DNA from: Verrucomicrobiota bacterium | GTDB lineage: Bacteria > Verrucomicrobiota > Verrucomicrobiia > Limisphaerales > AAA164-E04 | Direction of reading: 5' to 3' | DNA: 64,000 nucleotides | NCBI GenBank assembly: GCA_047947115.1 | Contig: CP170459.1 | Coordinates: forward strand, 800,001 to 864,000 | Shown: in pieces, positions 29,960-39,541 of the stretch | How positions within the stretch are numbered: the first letter of the stretch is position 1 | Layout: each line of letters starts with the position of its first letter | Translations under genes and position numbers: made by a program | Notes under the pieces: generated by a model | What the model was told of the DNA's origin: nothing | Databases searched by the model: none | The model's input: the letters and a program-made list of their open reading frames with translations, nothing else

Positions 29960-31009
29960 ATGAAGATCAAAAACTCATTGTTGCATATTGCCCTGATCGC
30001 ACTCATCACCCCTTCAGTGACGAGTTCGGCGGAAACCGTCAAAGAAAGATTGGCGGCGACCCCATATCACCTGGTCTACGAAAAATACGCCGATAACAAC
30101 TGGGAATTATTTGTTTCCAAAGCCGATGGCACCGGCGAGCACAACCTGACCAACACCCCGGATCAACACGAACTATACCCCCAGGTATCACCTGACGGAA
30201 AACGACTATGCTTTGTCTCCGACAAGGGTTCCGGACGCAACACAGTGCGGAGCGTCTATGTGATGAACATCGATGGCTCAGACCGGAAGCTGGTAGCCCA
30301 TGAGGCGCGTCAGCCTTGTTGGACTAATACCAGCGACACCATCCTCTATTTACCACAGGAGTATTCCAAATGGAACGTGGTGGATTACTTCACAAAGGGA
30401 TTGGTTTATTACAACGTCGAAACGGGGGCAAAGCGCGAGCACCCCAACAGCGCCGCACTGCATCACCTTTACAACCCCAGCATGTCACCGGACGGCAAAT
30501 GGATTGTATCGACAGTACACGCTGGCATGGGATACAAGCACGCCATCCTGTTGATCGAAGCCGAAGGCACCGCCATTCACAGTCTGGAAATCCCCGGATG
30601 CCGCCCGACTTTCAGTCCCAATGGCAAATATGTTGCCTGGGGTCCCGGGGATCATGAAATTGCGGTCGGTGAAATCGATTGGGCAGCCAACCCGCCAAAA
30701 ATCAAAAAGAAATGGTTGTCCGTGAAAGACGAAGTCAACAAGGTGTACCATGTTGACTGGTCACCCAACAGCGCCTTCCTGAGCATCAGCCGGGGTGTCA
30801 AAAGCGACGGTGATTTGTCCAAACCGGGCACACACCAATCAGCCTGCGAAATCGTCGGAGTTTATGCCAAAGACTGGAACGTCATTGCAGTGCCTCTTGA
30901 TAAAGGACCAGAAATCGACCTGTCCAAAGCAACCGCAGATCAGTTCCTCCAAGTAACTCGGGACGGAAGCAGCAACAAGGAATCCGATTGGTTTACCCCT
31001 GCCAAATAA
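29960..31009 (+). CDS. TolB-like (PD40) beta-propeller exported protein
   Basis: Signal peptide; repeated P-x-x-SPDGK / FSPNGK / WSPN motifs. Confidence 0.85.
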   Translation: MKIKNSLLHIALIALITPSVTSSAETVKERLAATPYHLVYEKYADNNWELFVSKADGTGEHNLTNTPDQHELYPQVSPDGKRLCFVSDKGSGRNTVRSVYVMNIDGSDRKLVAHEARQPCWTNTSDTILYLPQEYSKWNVVDYFTKGLVYYNVETGAKREHPNSAALHHLYNPSMSPDGKWIVSTVHAGMGYKHAILLIEAEGTAIHSLEIPGCRPTFSPNGKYVAWGPGDHEIAVGEIDWAANPPKIKKKWLSVKDEVNKVYHVDWSPNSAFLSISRGVKSDGDLSKPGTHQSACEIVGVYAKDWNVIAVPLDKGPEIDLSKATADQFLQVTRDGSSNKESDWFTPAK

Positions 31010-31013
31010 TCAC

Positions 31014-31937
31014 ATGAATCATTGGCATAAAATCTGCGCCGGTCTGTGCGGTGCCATGGAATTGCTGACGCTCGTCGGATGTGGTCCTTCGCCTTCGAAT
31101 GAGCAAGCCTCTCCCGCTGCAAAATCCTCGTCCGGCATGATGTCGTTTCCGGTCAGGACGGCTTCCGGCATCGACATGATATTTCTGGAAGGCGGCGCTT
31201 TTACCATGGGCAGCGACAAGGAAAGTCCCGACGAAGGTCCGGCCCATGAAGTCACTTTGAGCCCGTTCCTGATCGATCAGTTTGAGGTCACGCATGCACA
31301 GTTTGAAAAAGTGCAAATGCCCAACCCGTCCCACTGGCAGGACGACCCCCAAAAGCCAGTGGAACAAGTGCGGTGGCGCGATGCCAAGCTCTACTGCAAT
31401 GAACGATCCTTGCTGGAAGGATTGACACCTTGCTACGACGAGACGAAAGAAGGCTGGCCCTGCAACTACGAGGCAAACGGATACCGTCTCCCCTCGGAAG
31501 CCGAATGGGAATTTGCGGCGCGTGCCGGATCAAAGGATCGTTATCCCTTTGGCGAACGTGCGCTCAATCAGTCGGCGTGGTTCGGTGACAATGCCGGCAA
31601 GCAAACCCACGTCGTCGGCACCCGACGTCCCAATGACTGGGGCATTCACGACATGTATGGGAATGTGTCCGAATGGTGCCAGGATGCCTACCAGGAAGAT
31701 TACTACGCACAGAGTCCCAAAGAGAATCCCAGAGGCCCTGCCGACACACTTGAAAACAACAAGCGCGTCATGCGTGGCGGATCATGGAAATCCACCGCGG
31801 AAATGTGCCGGGTAACCTTCCGTCAAGGCCAGCAAACAGGAGATTCGGACGCATGTTTCTTCACCGACTTCTGCGGTTTCCGCTGCGTGCGATCCATCAC
31901 CCAGGACGAAGCGGAAAAGTTAGTGGTCACCCCATGA
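31014..31937 (+). CDS. formylglycine-generating enzyme (SUMF1/FGE-sulfatase) domain protein, possible lipoprotein
   Basis: FTMGS, DEGPAHEV, YRLPSEAEWEFAARAG, DMYGNVSEW, RGGSW, GFRCVR; LVGC lipobox-like. Confidence 0.9.
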   Translation: MNHWHKICAGLCGAMELLTLVGCGPSPSNEQASPAAKSSSGMMSFPVRTASGIDMIFLEGGAFTMGSDKESPDEGPAHEVTLSPFLIDQFEVTHAQFEKVQMPNPSHWQDDPQKPVEQVRWRDAKLYCNERSLLEGLTPCYDETKEGWPCNYEANGYRLPSEAEWEFAARAGSKDRYPFGERALNQSAWFGDNAGKQTHVVGTRRPNDWGIHDMYGNVSEWCQDAYQEDYYAQSPKENPRGPADTLENNKRVMRGGSWKSTAEMCRVTFRQGQQTGDSDACFFTDFCGFRCVRSITQDEAEKLVVTP

Positions 31938-31953
31938 ACAACAAGATGAATTG

Positions 31954-32295
31954 GGTAGGGACCTGCTGCCGCAGGTCCGCGAGCGCGTTTGAAACATTCG
32001 AAACCTTGCAGGGTTATTCGGACATGCCAACGGCCGAGCAGCAGCTCAGCCCTACCAATTGCTGGTGCACTGCACCGGTAGGGACCTGCTGCCGCAGGTC
32101 CGTGAGCGCGTTTGAAACATTCGAAACCTTGCAGGGTTATTCGGACATGACAACGGCCGAGCAGCAGCTCAGCCCTACCAATTGCTGGTGCACTGCACCG
32201 GTAGGGACCTGCTGCCGCAGGTCCGCGAGCGCGTTTGAAACATTCGAAACCTTGCAGGGTTATTCGGACATGACAACGGCCGAGCAGCAGCTCAG
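31954..32295 (+). repeat. tandem array of ~2.8 x 123-bp family A units
   Basis: Units at 31954, 32077 and 32200, nearly identical to the 20207 array; last unit truncated within the second REP. Confidence 0.96.
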
Positions 32296-32421
32296 TTATC
32301 ACCTTGTGAGAAAGTTTACTCAGAAGATCTCAACCATGGACAATGTTATGACAGGGTCACAGTGATCAATCCATTCATGAAATAATCATTTTGGGGATAA
32401 ACCAAATCCATACCTAAACAA

Positions 32422-34032
32422 ATGCTGTTCCACACCTGGACATTTCTGATTTTCTTCCCAATCGTCTTTTTGGGCTATCTCGCTCTCAAAAAGACACCGC
32501 TGCGCATTCCCTGGCTGTTGGCGGCTTCGTATGTTTTTTACGGGTGGTGGAATCCATATTACCTCTTGCTAATCGTTTACTCCACGGCTTTGGACTATTA
32601 TGTCGTGGCCTGGATGGAGGCCTGCGGGCCGCCGGGATCCAAACCAAGTCCGGATCACGGATGGGGCGACTTAATTAAGCTCAAACTTTCCCATGCTTCA
32701 CTCAACATCGCAGCATGGGTGGGACGTCTGGGATTTTTCGGCAGTGTTCTCTTATGGTTCGTTGGCCCTCTGGGATCCAAGGCCGTTTGTGTTCTCAGCG
32801 GTATTTTGTGCCTCACCATCATGTTCGCGGCGGCGCGACGCAGTCGCAAGGCATGGCTTTGGGCCAGTATGTTGAACAATCTTTCCCTGCTGTTTTATTT
32901 CAAATACGCCGACTTTTTCATTGAGAACGCCAACCAGCTGTTCACACGGATGGGCATGTCCATGCAATGGCCGGAAGCCGCCACACTCATGCCCTTTGGT
33001 TGGGAATACCTGCTTCCTGTTGGCATCTCCTTTTACACCTTTCAATCGATGAGCTACACCATCGATTACTATCTGGGCAACCTGGCCCGTGAAAAAAACT
33101 TCCTGCGATTCGCCACCTATGTCGCGTTTTTCCCACAACTCGTGGCCGGCCCCATCGAACGCGCCTCGTCCCTCCTGCCGCAATTTGAAGCCGCACCCAA
33201 AATTCGGCTGAAAGACCTGAGCGATGGCGCTTCGCTGTTCCTGATTGGTTTGTTCAAAAAACTCGCATTGGCCAACTACCTGTCATTCTACGTCGAACGC
33301 GTCTACGGCATGCCGGACGAATACAGCGGCGCGGCACTGGCCCTGGCAACGATCGCTTTCGCCTGGCAGATCTATTTCGATTTCAGCGGCTACACCGACA
33401 TGGCTCGCGGCATCGCCCTGATGATGGGTTACAAACTCATGCTGAATTTCAACCGCCCCTACCTCGCCACCAGTCTCGGGGATTTCTGGTCGCGCTGGCA
33501 CATCAGCCTTTCGACGTGGTTTCGGGATTATGTTTACATCCCACTGGGCGGAAACCGCAATGGACCGGCCAAAGCGTATCTCTATCTGGGCATCACTTTT
33601 CTGCTGTCCGCCATCTGGCATGGCGCCGCATGGACCTTTATCGTTTGGGGAGTGCTGCACGCGCTCGGCACCATGATCACGCGTGAACTGGAGCGCAAGG
33701 AATGGTATCACGAGCGAGTTCCCATAGCCGTGAAGCGATTCTTGATTTTTGGATTCGTCACCTTCGCCTGGATCTTTTTCAGAGCGGAAACCATGCAGGA
33801 CGCCTGGCTGATCGTCACCCGCATCTTCTCCAGCGCCTGGTCGGATCCAGCCATGCCGGCGTTGATGCTCGGTTTGATCGCTCTGATTTGGGTCTACCAA
33901 TGGTTACAGGAATACAATCTGCGGCCATGGACGGAAACCGCCTGGTTCAAAGTGGCCGGATCGGTGTTCATGCTGATCTGGCTGTGCTTTTTCAGTTCAT
34001 CCGGTGGGGCATTCATTTATTTTCAATTCTAA
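32422..34032 (+). CDS. MBOAT family O-acyltransferase (AlgI/DltB-like)
   Basis: ASYVFYGWW, LPVGISFYTFQSMSY, FFPQLVAGPIER, YFDFSGYTD, FWSRWHISLSTWFRDYVYIPLGG, WHGA, C-terminal FIYFQF. Confidence 0.95.
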   Translation: MLFHTWTFLIFFPIVFLGYLALKKTPLRIPWLLAASYVFYGWWNPYYLLLIVYSTALDYYVVAWMEACGPPGSKPSPDHGWGDLIKLKLSHASLNIAAWVGRLGFFGSVLLWFVGPLGSKAVCVLSGILCLTIMFAAARRSRKAWLWASMLNNLSLLFYFKYADFFIENANQLFTRMGMSMQWPEAATLMPFGWEYLLPVGISFYTFQSMSYTIDYYLGNLAREKNFLRFATYVAFFPQLVAGPIERASSLLPQFEAAPKIRLKDLSDGASLFLIGLFKKLALANYLSFYVERVYGMPDEYSGAALALATIAFAWQIYFDFSGYTDMARGIALMMGYKLMLNFNRPYLATSLGDFWSRWHISLSTWFRDYVYIPLGGNRNGPAKAYLYLGITFLLSAIWHGAAWTFIVWGVLHALGTMITRELERKEWYHERVPIAVKRFLIFGFVTFAWIFFRAETMQDAWLIVTRIFSSAWSDPAMPALMLGLIALIWVYQWLQEYNLRPWTETAWFKVAGSVFMLIWLCFFSSSGGAFIYFQF

Positions 34033-34038
34033 CCGCAC

Positions 34039-35220
34039 ATGACCACTGAAACGAAACCAAGCACCACATTGTCAGACAGCCGGCGTCGCATGCGCGGACA
34101 CTTGCCGCACGCCTTTCTGCTGACGCCATGGCAATGGTGCACGGTAGTCATCCTGTTTTTGTGCGTGGTTTTCGGATTGCCGAAGGGTTGGAAAAGCTGG
34201 GAGACATTCGAACCGGAAGTTAATTACCGTGTGCCTTACGAAGCCAGTCAGGATTATTGGCAATACGAGCGTCACCTTGATGATCGCAATGAATCGGACA
34301 CCATCTATTTCGTGGGAGACTCGGTCGTCTGGGGCGAATACGTCAGTCCGGACGGAACCTGGTCGGCCTTTCTCAACGAACAATCAGGCGGCAAACCCCA
34401 GTTTGTCAATCAGGCATTGAATGGACTGTATCCCCTAGCCCTCGAAGGATTGATTACACATTACGCCGAAGGTTTGTCCGGGAGAAAGGTCATGCTCCAT
34501 TGTAATCTCCTGTGGATGAGCAGCCCCCAGGCAGACCTGTCTCAAGCCAAGGAACAGGTCTTCAATCATCCAACTTTGGTGCCACAGTTTCGCCCCAGGA
34601 TTCCCAGCTACCACGCTGATATTGACACGCGACTCGGCCGCGCCATCGGGCATCGCTGGTCATTCCTGGGCTGGGTGCGTCACCTTCAAATCCAATACTG
34701 GGATCAGAAAGATCCCTACGCCTGGACACTCGCAGATGATGGCAAATATCCCCCTTCCTATCCCAACACCTACCGCATGCCATGGTCGGAACTCGATTTC
34801 ACTTTGCTCAGCGAACCCGACCCCGATCCTGAACGCGGAGTAGACAGCAAGCGTCACAGCCCCTGGTCCACCGACGGCATCGGCACGCAGCGATTCGATT
34901 GGGTGGAGTTAAAGGATTCGTTGCAATGGGCCGCGTTCCAACGCCTCTGCAAACTCCTGCAACAACGCAACAATCAGTTCATCATCATTCTCGGCCCATT
35001 CAACAAACACATCATGGCCCCCGAAAACCGGACTCGTTTTGAGAGCATTGAATCCGGCGTCAAACAATGGTTCGTATCAACCAACATCCCATTCGTCGCA
35101 ACGGAGCTTTTGGACAGTGCACTCTACGGCGACGCCAGTCACCCATTGACAGAAGGCTATCGCAATTTGGCGGTTGAATTGTGGAATGATCCGAATTTCA
35201 CGGATTGGTTGAGTCAGTAA
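34039..35220 (+). CDS. SGNH-like (AlgJ/DltD-type) partner protein, membrane-anchored
   Basis: N-terminal TM helix, FVGDSV block I, C-terminal DASH (DxxH); follows the MBOAT gene. Confidence 0.65.
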   Translation: MTTETKPSTTLSDSRRRMRGHLPHAFLLTPWQWCTVVILFLCVVFGLPKGWKSWETFEPEVNYRVPYEASQDYWQYERHLDDRNESDTIYFVGDSVVWGEYVSPDGTWSAFLNEQSGGKPQFVNQALNGLYPLALEGLITHYAEGLSGRKVMLHCNLLWMSSPQADLSQAKEQVFNHPTLVPQFRPRIPSYHADIDTRLGRAIGHRWSFLGWVRHLQIQYWDQKDPYAWTLADDGKYPPSYPNTYRMPWSELDFTLLSEPDPDPERGVDSKRHSPWSTDGIGTQRFDWVELKDSLQWAAFQRLCKLLQQRNNQFIIILGPFNKHIMAPENRTRFESIESGVKQWFVSTNIPFVATELLDSALYGDASHPLTEGYRNLAVELWNDPNFTDWLSQ

Positions 35221-35241
35221 ATCTCGTGAATCTTGGATAGG

Positions 35242-35446
35242 GGTAGCGCGTGGCATCCCTGGCGCGACCCTTGTGGCTTTCGAATGACAATCACTTTCCG
35301 TTTTGGGAAGCCAACCGTATTCAATCCCCCCACTCTGCGGCACGTGGCAAGGGGGATTTGCGGTTTCTATGACGTCTGGATTTCCTTTGAACAGCATTCG
35401 TGAACAAGTAGGCCACAAGGTGCGGACCGGGACGGTCCGATCTACC
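35242..35446. repeat. REPIN/MITE-like element family B, copy 3
   Basis: GGTAG...CCTTGTGGC, TTTTGGGAAGCC, TTTCCTTTG, GCCACAAGG...CTACC. Confidence 0.82.
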
Positions 35447-35558
35447 TGAAGACTACCCCGGGTAGCGTGTTGAGGATTTGGGAAAACTCGTAACGTTGTA
35501 CGGACGCGGCACCTGACGCGCGACAGCGCAGCCCTACCGGGGAATCAAAGCATTCCAA

Positions 35559-36758
35559 TCACTGAAACCGCTGCCCACCGATATAAACGTCCTTCACACG
35601 CAGTTCCCCGTCCAGCACCAGAAAGTCAGCCCGTTTACCCACTTCCAAACTCCCAATTTCATCATCCATGCCGACACGCTCGGCAGGTGTGAGGCTTCCC
35701 ATGCGAACTGCTTCGTGAATTTCAACTGAAGTGTTTTCGTACATGTTGCGCACCATGGTGTCCATGCCGACGACGGAACTTGCCAGCGATTTTCTAGTGA
35801 CAAAACCCACCTTCCCATCACTTTCGAACCATGCGCCGTCGGATTCCGGACCGAACCGGTATTTGCCGGGAGGCATGCCCATGGCACGGTTGGCATCAGT
35901 CACCAGACAGAGGCGATCCGGACCGATCATACGATAGGCAAACTCCAACAGCTCGGGAGCCAGGTGTTCGCCATCGGCAATGACTTCGGTGCTCATTTCA
36001 GGTTCCATCAACACAAACTGTTCCATGCTGCCCTGCATTGGAAATCCGTATTGTTCCCGAACGCCCGAAATAGAACTCATGGCACACCAGAAATGATCCA
36101 CGTGACGCATCCCTGCCTCAAAGGCCTTGGCCATTTCCGTCCAGGTCGAATTGGAATGGCCGCATGTCACCAGATAACCGCGTTCGCTGGCTTCCCGATA
36201 AAACTCTGCCGCTCCAGGTAACTCAGCGGCACAGGTCGCCACTTGAATGATACCCAGATCAAAGCATTTCACATACTCCTCCGGTTTCGGGTCACGCCTG
36301 CCGTCCACCGAATGACAACCCACTTTATCAGCGGCAAAATACGGGCCGTAATAATGCACGCCACCAATGCGTGCCCCGTCCGACAACTGATACCCTTCCT
36401 GCACAGCCAGGCAGGCATGGAGCATTTTGTCGATCTGCTCGGGAAGGCCCGTCGTGGTCGTTGGGAAGATGGTCGTGGTTCCGTGCCGGGCATGGATGCG
36501 GTTGGCGATTTTGACCGCTTCAGTCGTGCCATCCATGTAATCGGCGTTGTCTCCGCCATGCACATGGATGTCGACATATCCCGGAGCAATCCAGCCTTCT
36601 TTTATTTGAACAACGGCATCAGCGTCCGTCACCGGAGCCATTCCCCAGAAGCCCGCATATTCGATAACCCCATCTTGAGCGATCAAACAACCGTCCTCCA
36701 ACAAGGAGTCCGGCAAGACAAGATTTCCACGAACGACGATGCGGTCTGAAGAGGGCAT
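35559..36758 (-). CDS. nagA: N-acetylglucosamine-6-phosphate deacetylase family amidohydrolase
   Basis: PGYVDIHVHG, GTTTIFPT, GHSN, IADGEH, LVTDA, GSLEVGKRAD. Confidence 0.85.
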   Translation of the reverse strand: MPSSDRIVVRGNLVLPDSLLEDGCLIAQDGVIEYAGFWGMAPVTDADAVVQIKEGWIAPGYVDIHVHGGDNADYMDGTTEAVKIANRIHARHGTTTIFPTTTTGLPEQIDKMLHACLAVQEGYQLSDGARIGGVHYYGPYFAADKVGCHSVDGRRDPKPEEYVKCFDLGIIQVATCAAELPGAAEFYREASERGYLVTCGHSNSTWTEMAKAFEAGMRHVDHFWCAMSSISGVREQYGFPMQGSMEQFVLMEPEMSTEVIADGEHLAPELLEFAYRMIGPDRLCLVTDANRAMGMPPGKYRFGPESDGAWFESDGKVGFVTRKSLASSVVGMDTMVRNMYENTSVEIHEAVRMGSLTPAERVGMDDEIGSLEVGKRADFLVLDGELRVKDVYIGGQRFQ

Positions 36759-36779
36759 GAGATGGGGGAAGGGAAACAA

Positions 36780-37520
36780 TTACCGACGGTCCTGTAGTTT
36801 GGCCAGGAGTCTGAGGATTTCGATGTAAAGCCAAACCAAGGTCACCATCAGGCCCAATGCCCCAACCCATTCCATGTATTTTGGAGCGCCGGCAGCTGCC
36901 CCGTTCTCAATAAAATCAAAATCCAGCACCAAGTTTAAGGCCGCAATCACAACGACCACCAAACTGAAAATAATGCCAAACGTGCCAGAGCTATGAATGA
37001 TGGAGATTCCAGAACCAAAGAAGCTCATGATGAAACTGATGAAATAAACTAAACAAATGGCGCCCGTTGCGGCAAAGATGCCCAGTCGGAAATTCTGGGT
37101 CGCCTTGATAAATCCGGTTTGATACGCAAAAAGCAAACTGAACAAAGTTCCAAACGTAAGACAAATAGCATTAAAAACCAAACCATCTCCCGCTTTCATT
37201 TGGTAAAATGCGGATATGCCGCCCAGGAACAAACCTTCCAGCAGAGCGTATGCAGGCGCGGTAAGCCCACCCCAAGTTGGTTTGAACATTGTCGCCAAGG
37301 CCATGATGAATCCACCGATTCCTCCCCCGATCATCCACGGCATGGCGTTTCCTCCGGTAGCGGCCATTCTCCACGTCATTGAAGCGGAAATAACGGTGAG
37401 AAATAACATGATACCGGTTTTCATGACCGTGCCCTGAATGGTCATGGTATCGGAACCGGCGAACGAACCCATGCGTGAAAAGGTGCGTTGATTCAAAACT
37501 GGATTTGCTGTGCGCATCAT
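36780..37520 (-). CDS. Bax inhibitor-1/YccA family membrane protein
   Basis: MTIQGTVMKT, YALLEGLFLGGIS, LDFDFIE...APKYMEW, LVWLYIEILRLL. Confidence 0.92.
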   Translation of the reverse strand: MMRTANPVLNQRTFSRMGSFAGSDTMTIQGTVMKTGIMLFLTVISASMTWRMAATGGNAMPWMIGGGIGGFIMALATMFKPTWGGLTAPAYALLEGLFLGGISAFYQMKAGDGLVFNAICLTFGTLFSLLFAYQTGFIKATQNFRLGIFAATGAICLVYFISFIMSFFGSGISIIHSSGTFGIIFSLVVVVIAALNLVLDFDFIENGAAAGAPKYMEWVGALGLMVTLVWLYIEILRLLAKLQDRR

Positions 37521-37632
37521 ATGCCCAGACTATTACTATGATATGGAATGATATGCAAGGATATGGCCATATAATCGAACTCCCTGCAAAATAACTATTT
37601 GTCCCCGATCGCGTCGATGAGCGCCGAAATAA

Positions 37633-37817
37633 TTTGGATTGCGGTGGCTCGACACCGCTTTGGATACGGTCCGCATCCCCAAGTCGGATTCAACTATTGC
37701 AGGCCTGAACTTGTACCGTAGATGTTCCTCGTTGAGTGAATGGGAGTGAGTCGGTGTCAGTGCTCCATGACGTTTCCCTGGCGTATCCAAAGCGGTGTCG
37801 AGCCACCGCAGTCCAGA
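37633..37817. repeat. REP doublet family C, copy 2, 185 bp
   Basis: TTTGGATTGCGGTGGCTCGACACCGCTTTGGATACG ... CGTATCCAAAGCGGTGTCGAGCCACCGCAGTCCA. Confidence 0.9.
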
Positions 37818-37877
37818 GAACGCTACCTCAATCCATATCCATCGGAATGAAAGGCACAACTCCGACCTGTTCTCCGG

Positions 37878-39155
37878 TCATTCATCCAAAGTCAATCCCA
37901 AAGCCTTCCGTCGCAACATTTCCAATCCCTGATTGGCGGTCACGAACTTGAAGGTTTCACGATCGTAGGGATTCAGTTTGCGCACGATGTGCGTGCCTGA
38001 TGAATCGGCCACTGCCATGAACACGGTCCCAACCGGTTTTTCCTCGCTACCACCCGACGGTCCGGCAATGCCAGTCACGGACAACGCCAGATCAGCGCCC
38101 GAACATTTGAGAGCGCCCTCCACCATCTCGCGTGCGCTTGCTTCACTGACAGCGCCCTGTTTTTCGAGTGTGTCCGAAGAAACCTGCAACACTCTTTGCT
38201 TGGCTTCGTTGGCATAAGAAACCACGCCGGTATGCAACACATCGGAGGCTCCGGGAACATTGGTGATACGATGCGCGATGTAGCCACCTGTGCAGGATTC
38301 GGCCAGCGCGATCTTCATTCCTTTTTCCCGACAAGCCGCCACCAATGCGGATTCCAAGGAAGCCTCACCCTCCCCATAGATCAAATCGCCAAGATCCTCA
38401 TAAGCCACCTCACCAGCTTGAGTCACGATGGCGTCAGCATCCGAACAGGACGCAATGAACCGGATATCCACCTCCCCACTCCTGGCACAATAGCCGATAT
38501 CAAGTCCGGCTTCGACCAATCCTTGCAACTTGGGAGACAAACGTTCTTCCACCCAGCTTTCACCAAGTCCACTGGTTCTCAGGATGCGATAGGCAAAGGG
38601 GGTTTCAAGAGGCAATGTTTCGTTTAACCACGGCATGAACTGATCCCGAAACATCGGGTGCAATTCACGCGGCGGGCCAGGGAACATCACGATCCAGGCA
38701 GGTTTTTCCCCTTCCCGAAATGGATTGGGGTGCAGGGGAATCAACAATCCGGGCGCGGTGCCGAATGCATTCATCAAACAGGTGGCCCCCTCAGGCACCA
38801 TGGCTTGAATGGTCACGCGCTCGGGCATGATCTTCCCCCGACGTTCGAAGTAAGAGCGAATGTGTTCGACCACTTTCTCGGATTTGTGAAGCGGACGCTG
38901 GATGAGTTCCGCAAGAAAATCACGTGTGCGATCATCCGAAGTCGGTCCCAGACCACCTGTAACAAGAATCAGATCCGCCCGTTTGAGAGCTTCACTCAAC
39001 GCTCCCTGAATCGCCGGTCCGGTATCCGACACGGTGCATTGGTAACTCAAGGAATAGCCCGCGGCGGAAAGCTGCCGGGCAATCCAAGCCTGATGGGTAT
39101 TGGAGGTCTGACCGAGCAACAACTCACTGCCCGTATTGATCAATTCGATATGCAT
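37878..39155 (-). CDS. cinA: CinA family (MoCF-biosynth + PncC NMN deamidase)
   Basis: GSELLLG, GGLGPTSDD, PGPPRE, AESCTGG, TGIAGPSGG. Confidence 0.94.
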   Translation of the reverse strand: MHIELINTGSELLLGQTSNTHQAWIARQLSAAGYSLSYQCTVSDTGPAIQGALSEALKRADLILVTGGLGPTSDDRTRDFLAELIQRPLHKSEKVVEHIRSYFERRGKIMPERVTIQAMVPEGATCLMNAFGTAPGLLIPLHPNPFREGEKPAWIVMFPGPPRELHPMFRDQFMPWLNETLPLETPFAYRILRTSGLGESWVEERLSPKLQGLVEAGLDIGYCARSGEVDIRFIASCSDADAIVTQAGEVAYEDLGDLIYGEGEASLESALVAACREKGMKIALAESCTGGYIAHRITNVPGASDVLHTGVVSYANEAKQRVLQVSSDTLEKQGAVSEASAREMVEGALKCSGADLALSVTGIAGPSGGSEEKPVGTVFMAVADSSGTHIVRKLNPYDRETFKFVTANQGLEMLRRKALGLTLDE

Positions 39156-39213
39156 GCGGACAACAACATTCCAAGAATCCTCAAAACATCAACCGAAAAG
39201 GTGGTAACCGCAA

Positions 39214-39449
39214 GGCAGATTGCCGAGGAGTCGGGATCTCGATGCACCCCTTGAGGCAACCCCAAGCAGAAATGTCCTCCAAAGGAAATCCCTGACTCAA
39301 AGGAAAAAAAACTGCTGACAGCATCTAAAACCATGAAAGGCCATTGAATACCTGCTGGCTTCCCGAAACGAAAATGGATTGCAATTCAAACACCACATGG
39401 AGCGCGCCAGGGATCCACGCAGTCGCGGGACAGGCAGGCACGCACTACC
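39214..39449. repeat. REPIN/MITE-like element family B, copy 4 (reverse orientation, degenerate)
   Basis: Minus strand: GGTAGTGCGTGCC...CCCTGGCGCGCTCCATGTGG, TTTCGGGAAGCC, TTTCCTTTGG, GCCTCAAGGGG...CTGCC. Confidence 0.75.
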
Positions 39450-39485
39450 TGCCGACAGATCTCCGTGAATCCTTTGCATCTCCAA

Positions 39486-39531
39486 CTCCGCGCCTCTGCG
39501 CCTCTAGTTCCGCTCGCGGAACGGGCGTGAG
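39486..39531. repeat. short repeat family E, copy 2
   Basis: CTCCGCGCCTCTGCGCCTCTA-GTTCCG ctcg CGGAAC-GGGCGTGAG. Confidence 0.6.
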
Positions 39532-39541
39532 AACAAAACAC

